Below are positions 13,501-23,680 of a DNA stretch of 64,000 nucleotides, in pieces. The notes under the pieces are model-generated. The model worked only from the letters and a program-made list of their open reading frames with translations. It was not told where the DNA came from and searched no databases. Source of the stretch: Epithemia pelagica (Eukaryota > Protista > Bacillariophyta); contig OX337228.1 of the NCBI GenBank assembly GCA_946965045.2, positions 434,001 to 498,000 on the forward strand. The letters run 5' to 3'. The translations under genes were made by a program, and so were the position numbers. Each line of letters opens with the position of its first letter. The first letter of the stretch is position 1.

Positions 13501-13718
13501 AGAATTTGGAAAACTGTAAAGTTGAAGTCAAGTTCCTAGTTGTTAGATAGCGACTCAGAAAGTACAAGTTAAGTCAGAGTACATTTTATTAGAGACTTTA
13601 GCTGTAAAAGTCAAGTTCGTATGCCTGGTAACGTGACTTCCAAACCCTGGTGAGTAACAGGAAGTACCTTCAGGTACGACTTATATGCGACTAAATACAC
13701 ACCCTCAGCTTGGGGGTA
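10512..13718. mobile_element. Second Mutator-like TACCC-ended element (about 2.2 kb plus a nested hAT MITE)
   Basis: Exact 10-bp TSD ATCTTCCAGC at 10502-10511 and 13719-13728. Ends TACCCAGAAGCTGAGGGTG / CACCCTCAGCTTGGGGGTA. Inverted subterminal TACTCACCCCCTTGGCGCGAGG at about 10574 and 12628. Confidence 0.9.
12651..13649. mobile_element. Non-autonomous hAT element
   Basis: 15-bp TIR CAGGGTTTGGAAGTC, 8-bp TSD GTGAGTAA (12643-12650, 13650-13657), and many subterminal AAGTCAAGT/GACTT repeats. Confidence 0.92.
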
Positions 13719-13781
13719 ATCTTCCAGCGTGCAAAAATTATGATATGAGATGATATCACGCTCCGATAAGACCGACCCTCA

Positions 13782-13906
13782 GGGCCCACTCTTTCGACGC
13801 GCAAAAGCATGATTTTGGTGCGCATGCTCACCAAAACGCGATTCGTCTCGATAAGGAGTACAACTTCTTGAGGTTGATTCACTTAACACACCGCAGACAA
13901 GACTCA
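13782..13906 (+). repeat. Tandem duplicate of the Harbinger left terminus plus flank (~125-bp unit)
   Basis: 13782-13845 resembles 13907-13970. 13843-13906 resembles 10269-10339. Confidence 0.8.
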
Positions 13907-14199
13907 GGGCCCATTCTATCGACGAGCAAAAGCGCGATTTTGGTGCTCATGCTCACCAAAACGCGATTCGGAAGCAAAAAAACTGCTAAGACGGTAACTT
14001 ATCAGGCTACTTTTTGGTGCGGGGGCAGGTGCGAGTGCGAGGGGGGACTCCAAATCTAAAAATTTAGCGCGGGCGCTCGCAAAAATTGCGTGCAAGTCAC
14101 TGCGGGCATGCAAGGGCTGTGAGGGCAACGTTTTGCTGCCAATGCTACTCGGAGCAACAAAAAGCAGAGTGTTTGTTTTTGTTGGGTTCGACCATCATC

Positions 14200-15834
14200 A
14201 TGAGCACCTCTTCTGTCCCTATTGTCACACAGTACAGCCAAGCCTCTCAACAACAAACTCAATCTGATGCAGGTGGTGGTGTTTCCAGAGGTGTTGCTAG
14301 TGGTGATGTAGCCGGGAAAGCCCAGCTTGTAGAAGAAAATGATCCACGCGTCGCTCCAAACTCAAATTTCCATCGTCTACCTGACTTCAAACCTGTATTT
14401 CATGACTGGAAACCCTCTTCCATTGAAGAATGGAAGCACATTGTTGAGGCCATCACCTACGATGATGTGATTTTTGGGACGACCAAAATCTACAGGGTGA
14501 CAACTCAGTCTAACCAAGGACAGGTTCCTCTCTCCCGTATTCATCACATTCGGGGATACCTGGTAAAAAACTTGACATACGAGCAAATCCGTACAGTGGG
14601 CACCCACTTTGGCATTCGCAACCTTCGCCAGAAGAAGAAACAAGATGTCTGCGAAGAGCTCGTCGACAAAATTTTGGATGCACGGCGGAAGAAAAGCAAC
14701 GAAGAAGTTTTTGCACAAAATATTGCAGCTGCTCGTATGTCTGGTTCTGGTACAGCCAGTAGTGCTCCTCCGCAGTCAAACACTACTATACCAACAACAA
14801 GCACAGTCGTGTATACCAACTATTTCCGTCTTGTCAATGTTCTTTCCCATGAAAGAATCAAGCCACTGCTCCCAAATCTGTGTTCGACAGCCACTCGTCG
14901 TGAGATTAATGACCGACGCTTGCCTGCAGACGTTCTTCATGAAGAAATAGCCAAACTATACAATGAAGCCAATAACAGTGAATTGAAAGCAAATAAATAT
15001 GGGAGAAGAATCCCCAATCAAAGCTCAGTCAATCCAGGACTCCTTCGTGGAAGATTTGACAAAGAGAAAGCAAAGAAGGCAGTCGCCGAACTGCGGCGTC
15101 TCTACACTACGTCGTTCTATAACTACAAACGCTCTGGGAACCATGGTGATGCATACTCAGATGTTGACGAAGATAATGAAGAGATCTCTCCTCCCACAGA
15201 CCAAGAAAGTCAGAAATCATTCATTCATTTTGTTCAATCAAAGTATTATTTGATGTATTTTCACAACTTTGTCGAAGAAGCAAACCTTTCTGACCTTGTC
15301 CTTTGTTTGTTTCGGGATCCAAGTGTTTTCTCTCAGTCGACCAACCCATTGGATGGAAAGAACCAACGCTCTTACAAGAAACAGAAGCAACTCCACGAGT
15401 CTAACAAACAATTGGTCGAAGCCATCAAAGCAAGTAATGCTTTGAAAGAGAAGCTAGTGGCACATCAAGCCTCGGCTGTAAAGGCTCAAGCCTCCAATGC
15501 TATGACGGCTGAACTTGAACGATTGACCCCACTCCATACCGTAAAGAAAAATGAAATGAAGACGGCTAAAGCAAACCTCAAGGCAACAAAAAAGATTGAT
15601 GGAGAGAAGCACCTCTATGATGGAGTCCTAGACCAAATGCAAGGACAGTTGGATGGATTTCAGCCACAGATTCCTTTGTCGCAACAAAGTACAAGCACTA
15701 TTGCCTCTGATTCACAGCGGTACGAGTTTGGTGAAGCGTTCCTCAAGGCCGAACGTGAGTTCCATGTGATCGATAGGCGATACAAAGCTGTCATGAAAAC
15801 AATGGAGGATGCATCAAAGGACAATGAGGAGTAA
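14200..15834 (+). CDS. Harbinger accessory (putative DNA-binding) protein with a SAP-like motif and a Myb/SANT-like region
   Basis: Intact ORF of about 544 aa convergent with the transposase. LTYEQIRTVGTHFGIRNLRQKKKQDVCEEL is SAP-like. Also YFRLVNVL and YNYKRSGNH motifs and a C-terminal coiled coil. Confidence 0.7.
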   Translation: MSTSSVPIVTQYSQASQQQTQSDAGGGVSRGVASGDVAGKAQLVEENDPRVAPNSNFHRLPDFKPVFHDWKPSSIEEWKHIVEAITYDDVIFGTTKIYRVTTQSNQGQVPLSRIHHIRGYLVKNLTYEQIRTVGTHFGIRNLRQKKKQDVCEELVDKILDARRKKSNEEVFAQNIAAARMSGSGTASSAPPQSNTTIPTTSTVVYTNYFRLVNVLSHERIKPLLPNLCSTATRREINDRRLPADVLHEEIAKLYNEANNSELKANKYGRRIPNQSSVNPGLLRGRFDKEKAKKAVAELRRLYTTSFYNYKRSGNHGDAYSDVDEDNEEISPPTDQESQKSFIHFVQSKYYLMYFHNFVEEANLSDLVLCLFRDPSVFSQSTNPLDGKNQRSYKKQKQLHESNKQLVEAIKASNALKEKLVAHQASAVKAQASNAMTAELERLTPLHTVKKNEMKTAKANLKATKKIDGEKHLYDGVLDQMQGQLDGFQPQIPLSQQSTSTIASDSQRYEFGEAFLKAEREFHVIDRRYKAVMKTMEDASKDNEE

Positions 15835-15874
15835 GAGGAAAATGATACTACAGTGGTACTACCATTACTACTAT

Positions 15875-17206
15875 TCAATGATTGATGAATAGGGTGTTGG
15901 CTGTTGGACGGCCAATACCCTCGAGTTGAATTTGTTGCGACAACCACTCTCGCCTTGCAGAATGGCCCACCTCGACTGCACTTGTTTCTTGTGTAGTTTC
16001 ATAATACCCGAGCCCATCTCTTGCTTGTTCTAGGGCTTCAATAAAATCTTCTGTATTTTTATTTTGCTCTATGGAATCTCCATGCGCAATTACAAAGTTG
16101 TGCAGTTGGCATGCTACCATTACCGTGTCACGTATTTTTGTTACATCGTACTGGAAGTCTCGTCTGAAGATTCGCCATTTCGTTGTCAATCTCCCAAACG
16201 CCATTTCAATTCGTATCCTCATTTGCGACAAAAAGAAATTGAAGTCTGAGTTTTGTCTTGAAATGTTGGCGCCTGAGAACGGAATCAACAATTGGTCAGA
16301 AAGTTGATATGCGTTGTCGCCAACAAGGTAATACTTTCTTTCTTGAGTGAGCGCATGCATCCACTCGTGGAGACCAGTGCACATTCTAAACGCGTTGATG
16401 TTGTTTGTTTTCCCAGGAGCAGCGTACGCAACGTATATAAATTTGAGTTTTGAATCACATACCGCTTGTACGTTTGATCCATATCGATGGTAATGGCCAG
16501 AGAAATAGTCAGCCTGATTTTCTTCAAACCTCGGGCGTTCATGGGTACAGAGCCACCCATCAATGGCTCCAACACACCCATACATGAGGTCTTGAGATTC
16601 ACTCACTTCTCCAAAACCATCGGCAAGTTCCTTCAAACCTTCCTCGGTGGTAGGCAGTTGGATTGCAAGATGCTCACATTCCTTTACTGCTTTGAGAAAC
16701 AGGTTGATCATGCGACAGACTGTATCTCTCGATACCCCATGGATATGCTTCAAACTTTTCTCTAGTTCTCCACCAAACCAACGTAGACCGATTGATGCAA
16801 CCATTTCCGGATAGATTGGATCATTGCCGCCACTGCCGGCGCTGGAGAGCATCGGATCGATGGAAATGCCAGGACGTATCAAATCTACTAGAATGGAGAA
16901 TGCTTCATAACTCATGTGCAAAGTGTTCTCAAACTCATTTGTGTGGAGAAGCATCGCATCATATTCATCCCAATCGAGACGACGGTGTTGCCATTTCATG
17001 AGTCGGAGAAGTTTTCTTTGATTGAATAAATGGATGACAAGAACAAGCTCAAGCTCTTCTTCAAACACGGCATCAATAATCCAATCGTCCATTGCAAGAA
17101 AAAATGTTATCTGGCTACAAGTAGTTTGCCTTGAAAAGTGACAACATTGACTCTGCTTTGTTTCCTTTGACTTGGCATGAACGTGGCCACCTAAGCCAAA
17201 CATCAA
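15875..17206 (-). CDS. PIF/Harbinger DDE transposase (DDE_Tnp_4 / HARBI1-like); likely start ATG at 17092
   Basis: Motifs GAIDGW, YFSGHY..NVQAVCD, VGDNAY, LIPF, FNFFLSQMRIRIEMAFGRLTTKWR give a complete D-D-E triad. Confidence 0.93.
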   Translation of the reverse strand: MMFGLGGHVHAKSKETKQSQCCHFSRQTTCSQITFFLAMDDWIIDAVFEEELELVLVIHLFNQRKLLRLMKWQHRRLDWDEYDAMLLHTNEFENTLHMSYEAFSILVDLIRPGISIDPMLSSAGSGGNDPIYPEMVASIGLRWFGGELEKSLKHIHGVSRDTVCRMINLFLKAVKECEHLAIQLPTTEEGLKELADGFGEVSESQDLMYGCVGAIDGWLCTHERPRFEENQADYFSGHYHRYGSNVQAVCDSKLKFIYVAYAAPGKTNNINAFRMCTGLHEWMHALTQERKYYLVGDNAYQLSDQLLIPFSGANISRQNSDFNFFLSQMRIRIEMAFGRLTTKWRIFRRDFQYDVTKIRDTVMVACQLHNFVIAHGDSIEQNKNTEDFIEALEQARDGLGYYETTQETSAVEVGHSARREWLSQQIQLEGIGRPTANTLFINH

Positions 17207-17804
17207 ACATCTTCTCTCCAGATTTGTATATTCAAAGCTGCCACGTCAATCTGGCTGTCTCCTCAGACGAGACAGTGCTGTCTTGAATTTATGAGCATGA
17301 TGGGTAGTTTTTATGTTTCTACTACATTGGCATATACAATCGCAAGACGGAATGACAATGCGGATCATCAGCACATTCGTCATCACCTGTGAAATGTCGT
17401 CAAACTAAAAACTGAATGAACCCCGATCCCATTAGCACGAATGCAATTTTGTGAATACTAGCAAAAACATTTTTTTATCATGTCCGTCGCCTCGATACAT
17501 TATCCGTAGTTGTGCTATCGTAAGATTGTCTTTCTTCTTCGTAGATCGTAGAGCTGTCGTCGTTGCCGTCGTATATGGAGGGAGGATAATTTTGTGAGTT
17601 CGTTGTGAGCTCACAAAATTGTCCACAGCCTAGAGGGGAGTTTCTAAGGGTAGTTTCTTTTTTCTGTCCACATTATGTCTCAATACTCATAATAGACCAT
17701 AGTGAAATCTAATTTTGATTCTTCGGACATTATTCAGATGTCTCACTGGTACTAAATGGCAAATTTTGTGAGTTCAAGTTGTCGACCGTCTGATTTTTTG
17801 GCCA

Positions 17805-18150
17805 ATTTTGTGAGCTAAAGAACTCACTGGAACAACACATAAGAAAAATTTCATTTTGTCCAATGTTGTGAGCTAAAGAACTCACTGGAACACAAAAGAA
17901 GAAAAAGTTGTGAGCTCGTCATCTGATATTGTATTGGGTCAAAAAAAGAATTCACCGGAGCACAAAAGAAGAAAAAGATGTGAGCTCGTCATCTGATAAT
18001 GTATTGGGCCAAATAAAAGAATTCACCGGAACACAAAAGAAAGAAAAGATGTGAGCTCGTCATCTGATTTTTATTGGGCCTAGGTAAGGAACTCCCTGGA
18101 GCACAAAAGAAGAAAAAGATGTGAGCTCGTTATCTGATGTTGTATTGGGC
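17805..18150 (+). repeat. Tandem minisatellite, unit about 70-71 bp, four full copies plus partial copies
   Basis: GTGAGCTCGT recurs at 17910, 17980, 18051 and 18121 with CACAAAAGAAGAAAAAG between. Confidence 0.9.
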
Positions 18151-19634
18151 CAGCTACGTATTACTACTCTAACTATCCAGCATACAGCACACACCAAGTT
18201 CAATGACTAGAAGATACCCCTGAGGCACTAATCCCGACCATTTTTTCCTCTACTTCTCACAATCTGTGAGATTACAGAATAGAAATCTGTTGTGTTTTTT
18301 GTGCGATTGGTTTTTGTGTGCTTTGTGCTCATTTTTGAATTTATCTTGCAAGAAGCGCCACTAGACCCACCTGATATTGCATTGGGCCTCTTTGTGCTTG
18401 CCCCGTCCCGTAACTAGATATCTGGCATTGTGAGTTTTTCCACTGAATTGGGGGACATATCCGAGGTAACCAATCCCACGGCCAACCCAATTCCCAGTCC
18501 CCGCGAGACTGTGTAATCCCCCATCCCGTACGTGATTGTACAAGTAGGCCAACAGGCTGAAAAGAGGGCGATCCTTGCCAGACCGGCTGGATATCGTTAG
18601 GGGGGCGAAGTTAAGGTACTCAACAGGTACTACTTTGTGTGCTCCGGCACACCGCTTGTTTCCTAACAAAGCATCTGTTGCTGTCGCCTGCCAAGTGACA
18701 AGGCTCTCTATCTTTGTGCTGTGGCAGGTTGGTCCGTCTTGAGAATCTACACTTTTTCAATCGGACAAGCGTGGAATTCATCAAATTGGAACGATTTCAG
18801 TGCAGCCAGAGAAGCCAGAGTTCATCTTGCTCCTTACAATTCCTCAACTGTCTATGTCTGGAGATTGGGCTAGGGACTGGCAATCCCGGTGTGTGGAGAC
18901 AAGAACAGTTACCGTCAGAACTTGCTAGTTCTTGGTTACTTCCGAGTAGCTACCTAGCCTAAAGACTGCAGTGGAAGCGTGTCACACCTAATTAGCTTTG
19001 CCAGGCAAGCCCAGTGACAACTGCTCCCGGTACTGATTACATTCCATTGGTGTTTTGGCATTCTACTGCTGTGGATCACGCGTTTCGTCATTAGTCGTGA
19101 CATCTCTACCCGACTGGTAAGGGAGAGATAACCACAGCAGGGAACTCAGTAGGTTAGTTTTCTGCATTAATCATGTCTTCTTCTAGGAGTAATGCTCAAG
19201 ACTCGGATGACGACAAAACAGACCAGCAGAATGACTCTGCCAACACTGCTAGTTCTACTGGTGTCGACCCTCTCATGACACTTCTCATGCAGAATCTTGC
19301 ATCATCTGGAGAACAGTCATCCATGCTTTCCAGGACAATGTTCCAAGGTGTTGTCCAGTCATTATCACTCATAGAGATGGATAGAAATTTGCGACAACGA
19401 CGTGAATTGATGTCTCTTTCGCATATGCTTCCCAATAACCCAAATAGTGGTGTCATCTCTCAGCAAACTCATCCTGTTCGAGTAGGTAATGGAACATCCC
19501 TGACGGCGTCTCCACCAGTACGGGGCAATTTATTTCCAGAGAGTTGCACACCCATGAATGCCAATGACTCTACTCCAGTTTAAGCACCACAAGAAGGAAT
19601 AGCTACAGAAGGTGCCTGTCCAGAGACATCCAAT

Positions 19635-20100
19635 ATGGATGCGACAAAACATTTTATTAAACATCATCAGCAGAATGTCAAAGATGATACAGCTTCCAAC
19701 GCCGTGTCAGATGTGTATTGGCCAAACAGGAATACTAAGTATCTCTTAGACACCGGCCTTTTGTCCAATGATGGTAAGCCATACTTTGGATATGCATTAT
19801 GTCATCTATATACCAAGACACATTCAAATGGGAATTCAAAACGGTATTTGTATTGTCTTGGTGTGATGGCATGTCAAGATCCAAAATGTAATTTTCTGCA
19901 AAGACCAATGCAACCAAAATCCAAAAACTCGGTGCCCCGCCACGTCCTGCAAAGTATGTTTGTTTCGGAAGCAAATGTGTCGGCCATTGTAGGTCATTGT
20001 AAATTTTGGGTCTGTTCCCTTGCGGATGTTGCACGCCACTCATCACTCATCAACATATTCGTCTTTTGTTAAGAGGTGCCTCAACCCACAACCTCTTCGG
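19635..20100 (+). pseudogene. Degenerate GCM/WRKY-GCM1-like zinc-finger ORF
   Basis: YLYCLGVMACQDPKCNFLQRP resembles the GCM core CLGV..C...C....RP. Further Cys/His residues (C.GSKC...FPCGC...THN) continue in another frame after about 19940, with a stop. Confidence 0.45.
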
Positions 20101-21216
20101 CGGCCATGCGAATCCTCTGTTTGGCTTCCTCCTACGCCACTACTTCAACAATCAACGATATGCAAAGAGGTGCTCGTGGTGTTGTGGTGGTAAGTGACGC
20201 TTCGACTTGATGCCACTCGTACGAGATGTGATCTATCATATGGCGGATGACAACATGACGGATGGCAATCGAGCTCTCAACTCTCAATCTCGAGTCGTTT
20301 GTCCTCGTTGAAAATAATGAGGGCCATGAGCTAGGACAACAACAACCTCAACACTTTCCTCCCTTGGCTTGGCATGGTTCGACCCTTGCTGGATGCTTAG
20401 AGAAACGATATCGGATGTTCTATCTGTGCTGGTACCCGGAACTGTCCAGTCATTTACATATCCTACGATATGGGACGATCGTATATCAACTACCTAGTAG
20501 ATTACTCCCTCCTGAAACTTTTAGTGGATCGTTTTATCGTCCAAAATCAGTCGCATAAAGTTTTGCCGTAGACTCTGGCACAAAGCTACAGGGGGATGGC
20601 CGGCTCATTCGGAGTATACAAACTGATGAATACCATGGGGAACATATAGATTGACATGCGCGCCTCCACACTAATATTACAATTTTTGGCGACGGACGAG
20701 AGAAACTTCACTTGACAATGGGCATCAAAGAAGACAATGATAAAAGCCCTGTTACGGCCTTTGCCGTATATTTCTTACTTTTATATTGCCCTGGGAAGGT
20801 CTCATGAAGAGGCCGTGGAGCTAGAGATGGAGGTAACTGGAGCAAAAGCTACTTTTGCTATCTTTAATTTATGGGCCCGGTCGCACATAGTCATGTTGAG
20901 CGCCCAATGCGCAAATCGCAAAATCGCGGATCGATAGAATGGACTGTAAAAGCGCGACGCGATTTGGAAGAAATTTTGGTGAGCATGAGCACCAAAATCG
21001 CGCTTTTGCGCACGACGATATCGAATGGGCCCTCCTCAATTACAGGCCCGGCGTGTCGGCCGGCGATCACGCACGGCACATGCAGTACTTATTCTTTTCC
21101 TCCTCCACTATTGCAACACGACAATGGTGTTGGTGTGTTTGGTTTTTGCTCTACCCAAAGCAACCCTTCTTACCCCTTAAGCGACAGCTGTGGTCATTTA
21201 CGAAGCACAAGACAGT

Positions 21217-22899
21217 ATGGCAGAAGAGGAGGCGACAGAAATGGATGTCGACGACACCAGGACAGGGAACGTAGCGCTCTCTCAAGGACTCCAGGAAATT
21301 TTTGACGCAGGAGGAGAGTCTTTCGCTAAGTGCGAAATCGATGTTTCCACTCTGTTTACAACGAACACGGACGGTCAGCTGATCTTGAATGCGAATGAGG
21401 ACGGTTTCCTCGAATTATCGTGTCTCGACAAGCTTCGGCGTGGTTTGGGGGAAAACTTCTTGATGCCAAGGCGAGTATTTGTCCGTTCCGAAATGCAGAC
21501 AATGTTTAGCGATTTATTGACCAAAGAAACTCCAAATGAGAATAGGCGGATTTTGACTGGATCGGCTGGTATTGGCAAGTCTGTTCTGCTTTTTCTGGTT
21601 GCGCTACGGTTTCAATTGCTTCCAGAGCATTCGACGAAGAAGATCAGCTTCATTCGAAAAGTGAAAGAGAGCCGGTACATTGCGCTGTACATCATGGAAC
21701 CTGGTGAGCAACCGTCAACAATCAGGCTGGTTTTTTCGGACACAATCAATAAGGCCGACTTCCAGTCGAACTTTGAATTATGGAAAACCGTGCGTGGCTA
21801 TACGAAGGTGCTCAAGACGTCCGATTACGAACCCTTCGTTGATGGCCCCCTACATTCTGAAAAAATGGATTTGCTGAACACAGACTATCGTTTCTTTTGC
21901 ACTTCGGGTGGCTTTCCCACCGTTAGTCAAGCGGAGATCATGACCACTATTGTCAGCATACTGACAGGGTGGAAGGAAGACACTATTTGCTTAGTTCTGA
22001 CTAAGATGGGGCAGACAGTAGCTCAAGCCCAAGAAATATACTCTTATTCAGGTGGTAGGATTCGTCTTGCTATTATGGGTACACAGGAAGATGGGAAAGG
22101 AAAAATAACAAAGTGGTTCGATGACTTGCTGACAGGCTTCGCGCAAGAAAAAATCTATCTGGCTACCACGAGGACGGATAGTCACGCGTCCATGGACCAT
22201 AGTGACAGGCTTCGTACACGTTTCATCGATTATGATGGAAAGGGAACCAGTTTGTTGATCGTTGACTCTCAGTACGCAATTTCACGACTAAGGGCTCGGC
22301 TCGACGTTGGTGACTTTGTGTCGTCCTATAACTTAGCGACCGTTTGTGGCCTTCAATCGGCGAGAGGCTGGTTCTTTGAGGAAATCTTGCATCTATGGTT
22401 CAAAAGAAAGGATAGGCCACTCATTGAAGACTGGATCAGAAGTGCCGGTGATGCCGCAGATGGTATCAAGAATCTTGATCGCAAACAGAGGTATTGGATC
22501 CCTGCTACGTCTAATTTTGCGAATATCGATGCCGCCTTCGTCTATCAGAATGTTTTGGTGTGCATCCAGTACACAGTCGGGAAGCAGCATGATTTTGATC
22601 AGGTCACTTTTTGGCAGGATTTCGCTGGCAGGGTCCACACGGTAGTCCCTTTCTTATCTATTGCAGTTTGGTTTGTTTCACCTAGCGGCACAGGTTTTCG
22701 CAACACCCACGAAGGGTACAATCAGACTTACTCTGCTGCTACCGGCACAGGTACGCGAAGCCAGGGCAAACTATTTCTTGTTCCGATCTCATTTGGTACT
22801 GCGGAAGTTTCGTGCGAGAGCACAGACACGTTAGATATGACGGCGCCGAAGATGGCCTTTCTCAACGAGGAGATGTATAAAAATGAACAGGAGTGCTGA
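21217..22899 (+). CDS. Crinkler/RHS-like P-loop NTPase fused to a PD-(D/E)xK (restriction endonuclease-like) domain
   Basis: Intact ORF. NTPase motifs ILTGSAGIGKS (Walker A), FVDG, CTSGG, SGGRIR. Nuclease-like C-terminus GWFFEE...YWIPATSNFANIDAAF...CIQYTVGKQH. Confidence 0.72.
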   Translation: MAEEEATEMDVDDTRTGNVALSQGLQEIFDAGGESFAKCEIDVSTLFTTNTDGQLILNANEDGFLELSCLDKLRRGLGENFLMPRRVFVRSEMQTMFSDLLTKETPNENRRILTGSAGIGKSVLLFLVALRFQLLPEHSTKKISFIRKVKESRYIALYIMEPGEQPSTIRLVFSDTINKADFQSNFELWKTVRGYTKVLKTSDYEPFVDGPLHSEKMDLLNTDYRFFCTSGGFPTVSQAEIMTTIVSILTGWKEDTICLVLTKMGQTVAQAQEIYSYSGGRIRLAIMGTQEDGKGKITKWFDDLLTGFAQEKIYLATTRTDSHASMDHSDRLRTRFIDYDGKGTSLLIVDSQYAISRLRARLDVGDFVSSYNLATVCGLQSARGWFFEEILHLWFKRKDRPLIEDWIRSAGDAADGIKNLDRKQRYWIPATSNFANIDAAFVYQNVLVCIQYTVGKQHDFDQVTFWQDFAGRVHTVVPFLSIAVWFVSPSGTGFRNTHEGYNQTYSAATGTGTRSQGKLFLVPISFGTAEVSCESTDTLDMTAPKMAFLNEEMYKNEQEC

Positions 22900-23680
22900 T
22901 AAGACCGACAGCCTGTCTCAAGACTTCCGACATGATTCTAAATGCTCTAGGTAGTACACTCCACATACATAGTTGGAACTTGCCAAGAAAGAACCCGTGG
23001 CCTCAATCCAATCCAACCTATACAAGTCTTATGTTCGTACTTACTCAGAGTTTCATATAATACCACTACTACAGAGCAAACCTTTTTTTCTTGTGGAGGA
23101 CAATCCCCTGCCTCTTTTACGGTGTTAGTCATGAATATTGGATTCATGCGTACCAAAGAAACCTATGGAACAAGTAACCAAGCCCATATTAGGTCCATAA
23201 TTGCGATAACATAGTTTCGCGATGGGATGTGCTTTGAGGTTTTCAGGGAAAGGAAGTTCGAAGTTCGCATCGTCTTGTCATTGACGACCGTTCTAAAAGC
23301 CACTCAAGCGCCAATGAAATACAGCCACGTGGAGATCCAACATCAATCAGAATTGCCCACGATGAATGAAAAAAAACAAGAGATCCACCTGATTGGTGCC
23401 ATGTCGGGAGCGTTTGCATCGGGCGCACTACTCCGAGATGATTGTACGCAAGAGGAGAAGACCTTTGTTCCTTCACAATACAAGTGCGCGTGTGTGTGCT
23501 GCATTTTGGAACAACAGCATCAGATTGTGGTTGGGGTATTTCCCTCAGTCAACCTATGTATACAATGAAGAGACTCTCTCTCTCTTTTAGAGTATCGATG
23601 CATCCACCATTCCACACACAGGGGCGCAAAAGTAGCTGAGAGACAGTATTACGGATCGGCGGTGATTGTTGGTTATACGG

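Larger units (their letters stand above)
10340..13778. mobile_element. Tourist-like (PIF/Harbinger) MITE of about 220 bp, split by a nested 3.2-kb insertion
   Basis: TCA TSD at 10337-10339 and 13779-13781. ~50-bp TIRs GG(T/G)TCGGTCTTAT..GAGCGTGATA..CATCTCATATCATAATTTTTGC. Internal foldback at about 10412-10496. Empty site at 13901-13912. Confidence 0.85.
13907..21032. mobile_element. PIF/Harbinger DNA transposon (~7.1 kb)
   Basis: TIRs start GGGCCCATTC and share GCAAAAGCGCGATTTTGGTGCTCATGCTCACCAAAA. Flanks are TCA and TCC (imperfect 3-bp TSD). Contains a convergent DDE transposase and an accessory ORF. Confidence 0.88.

Noticed and set aside
17805-18150. Regularly spaced repeats as a CRISPR-like array
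   Set aside because: Whole 70-bp units are repeated with no unique spacers, there are no cas genes, and the context is eukaryotic.
22897-22912. GATAAGACCGAC resembling the Tourist MITE TIR at the end of the CR-like gene
   Set aside because: Only 12 bp match, with no convincing partner TIR or TSD upstream of the gene.
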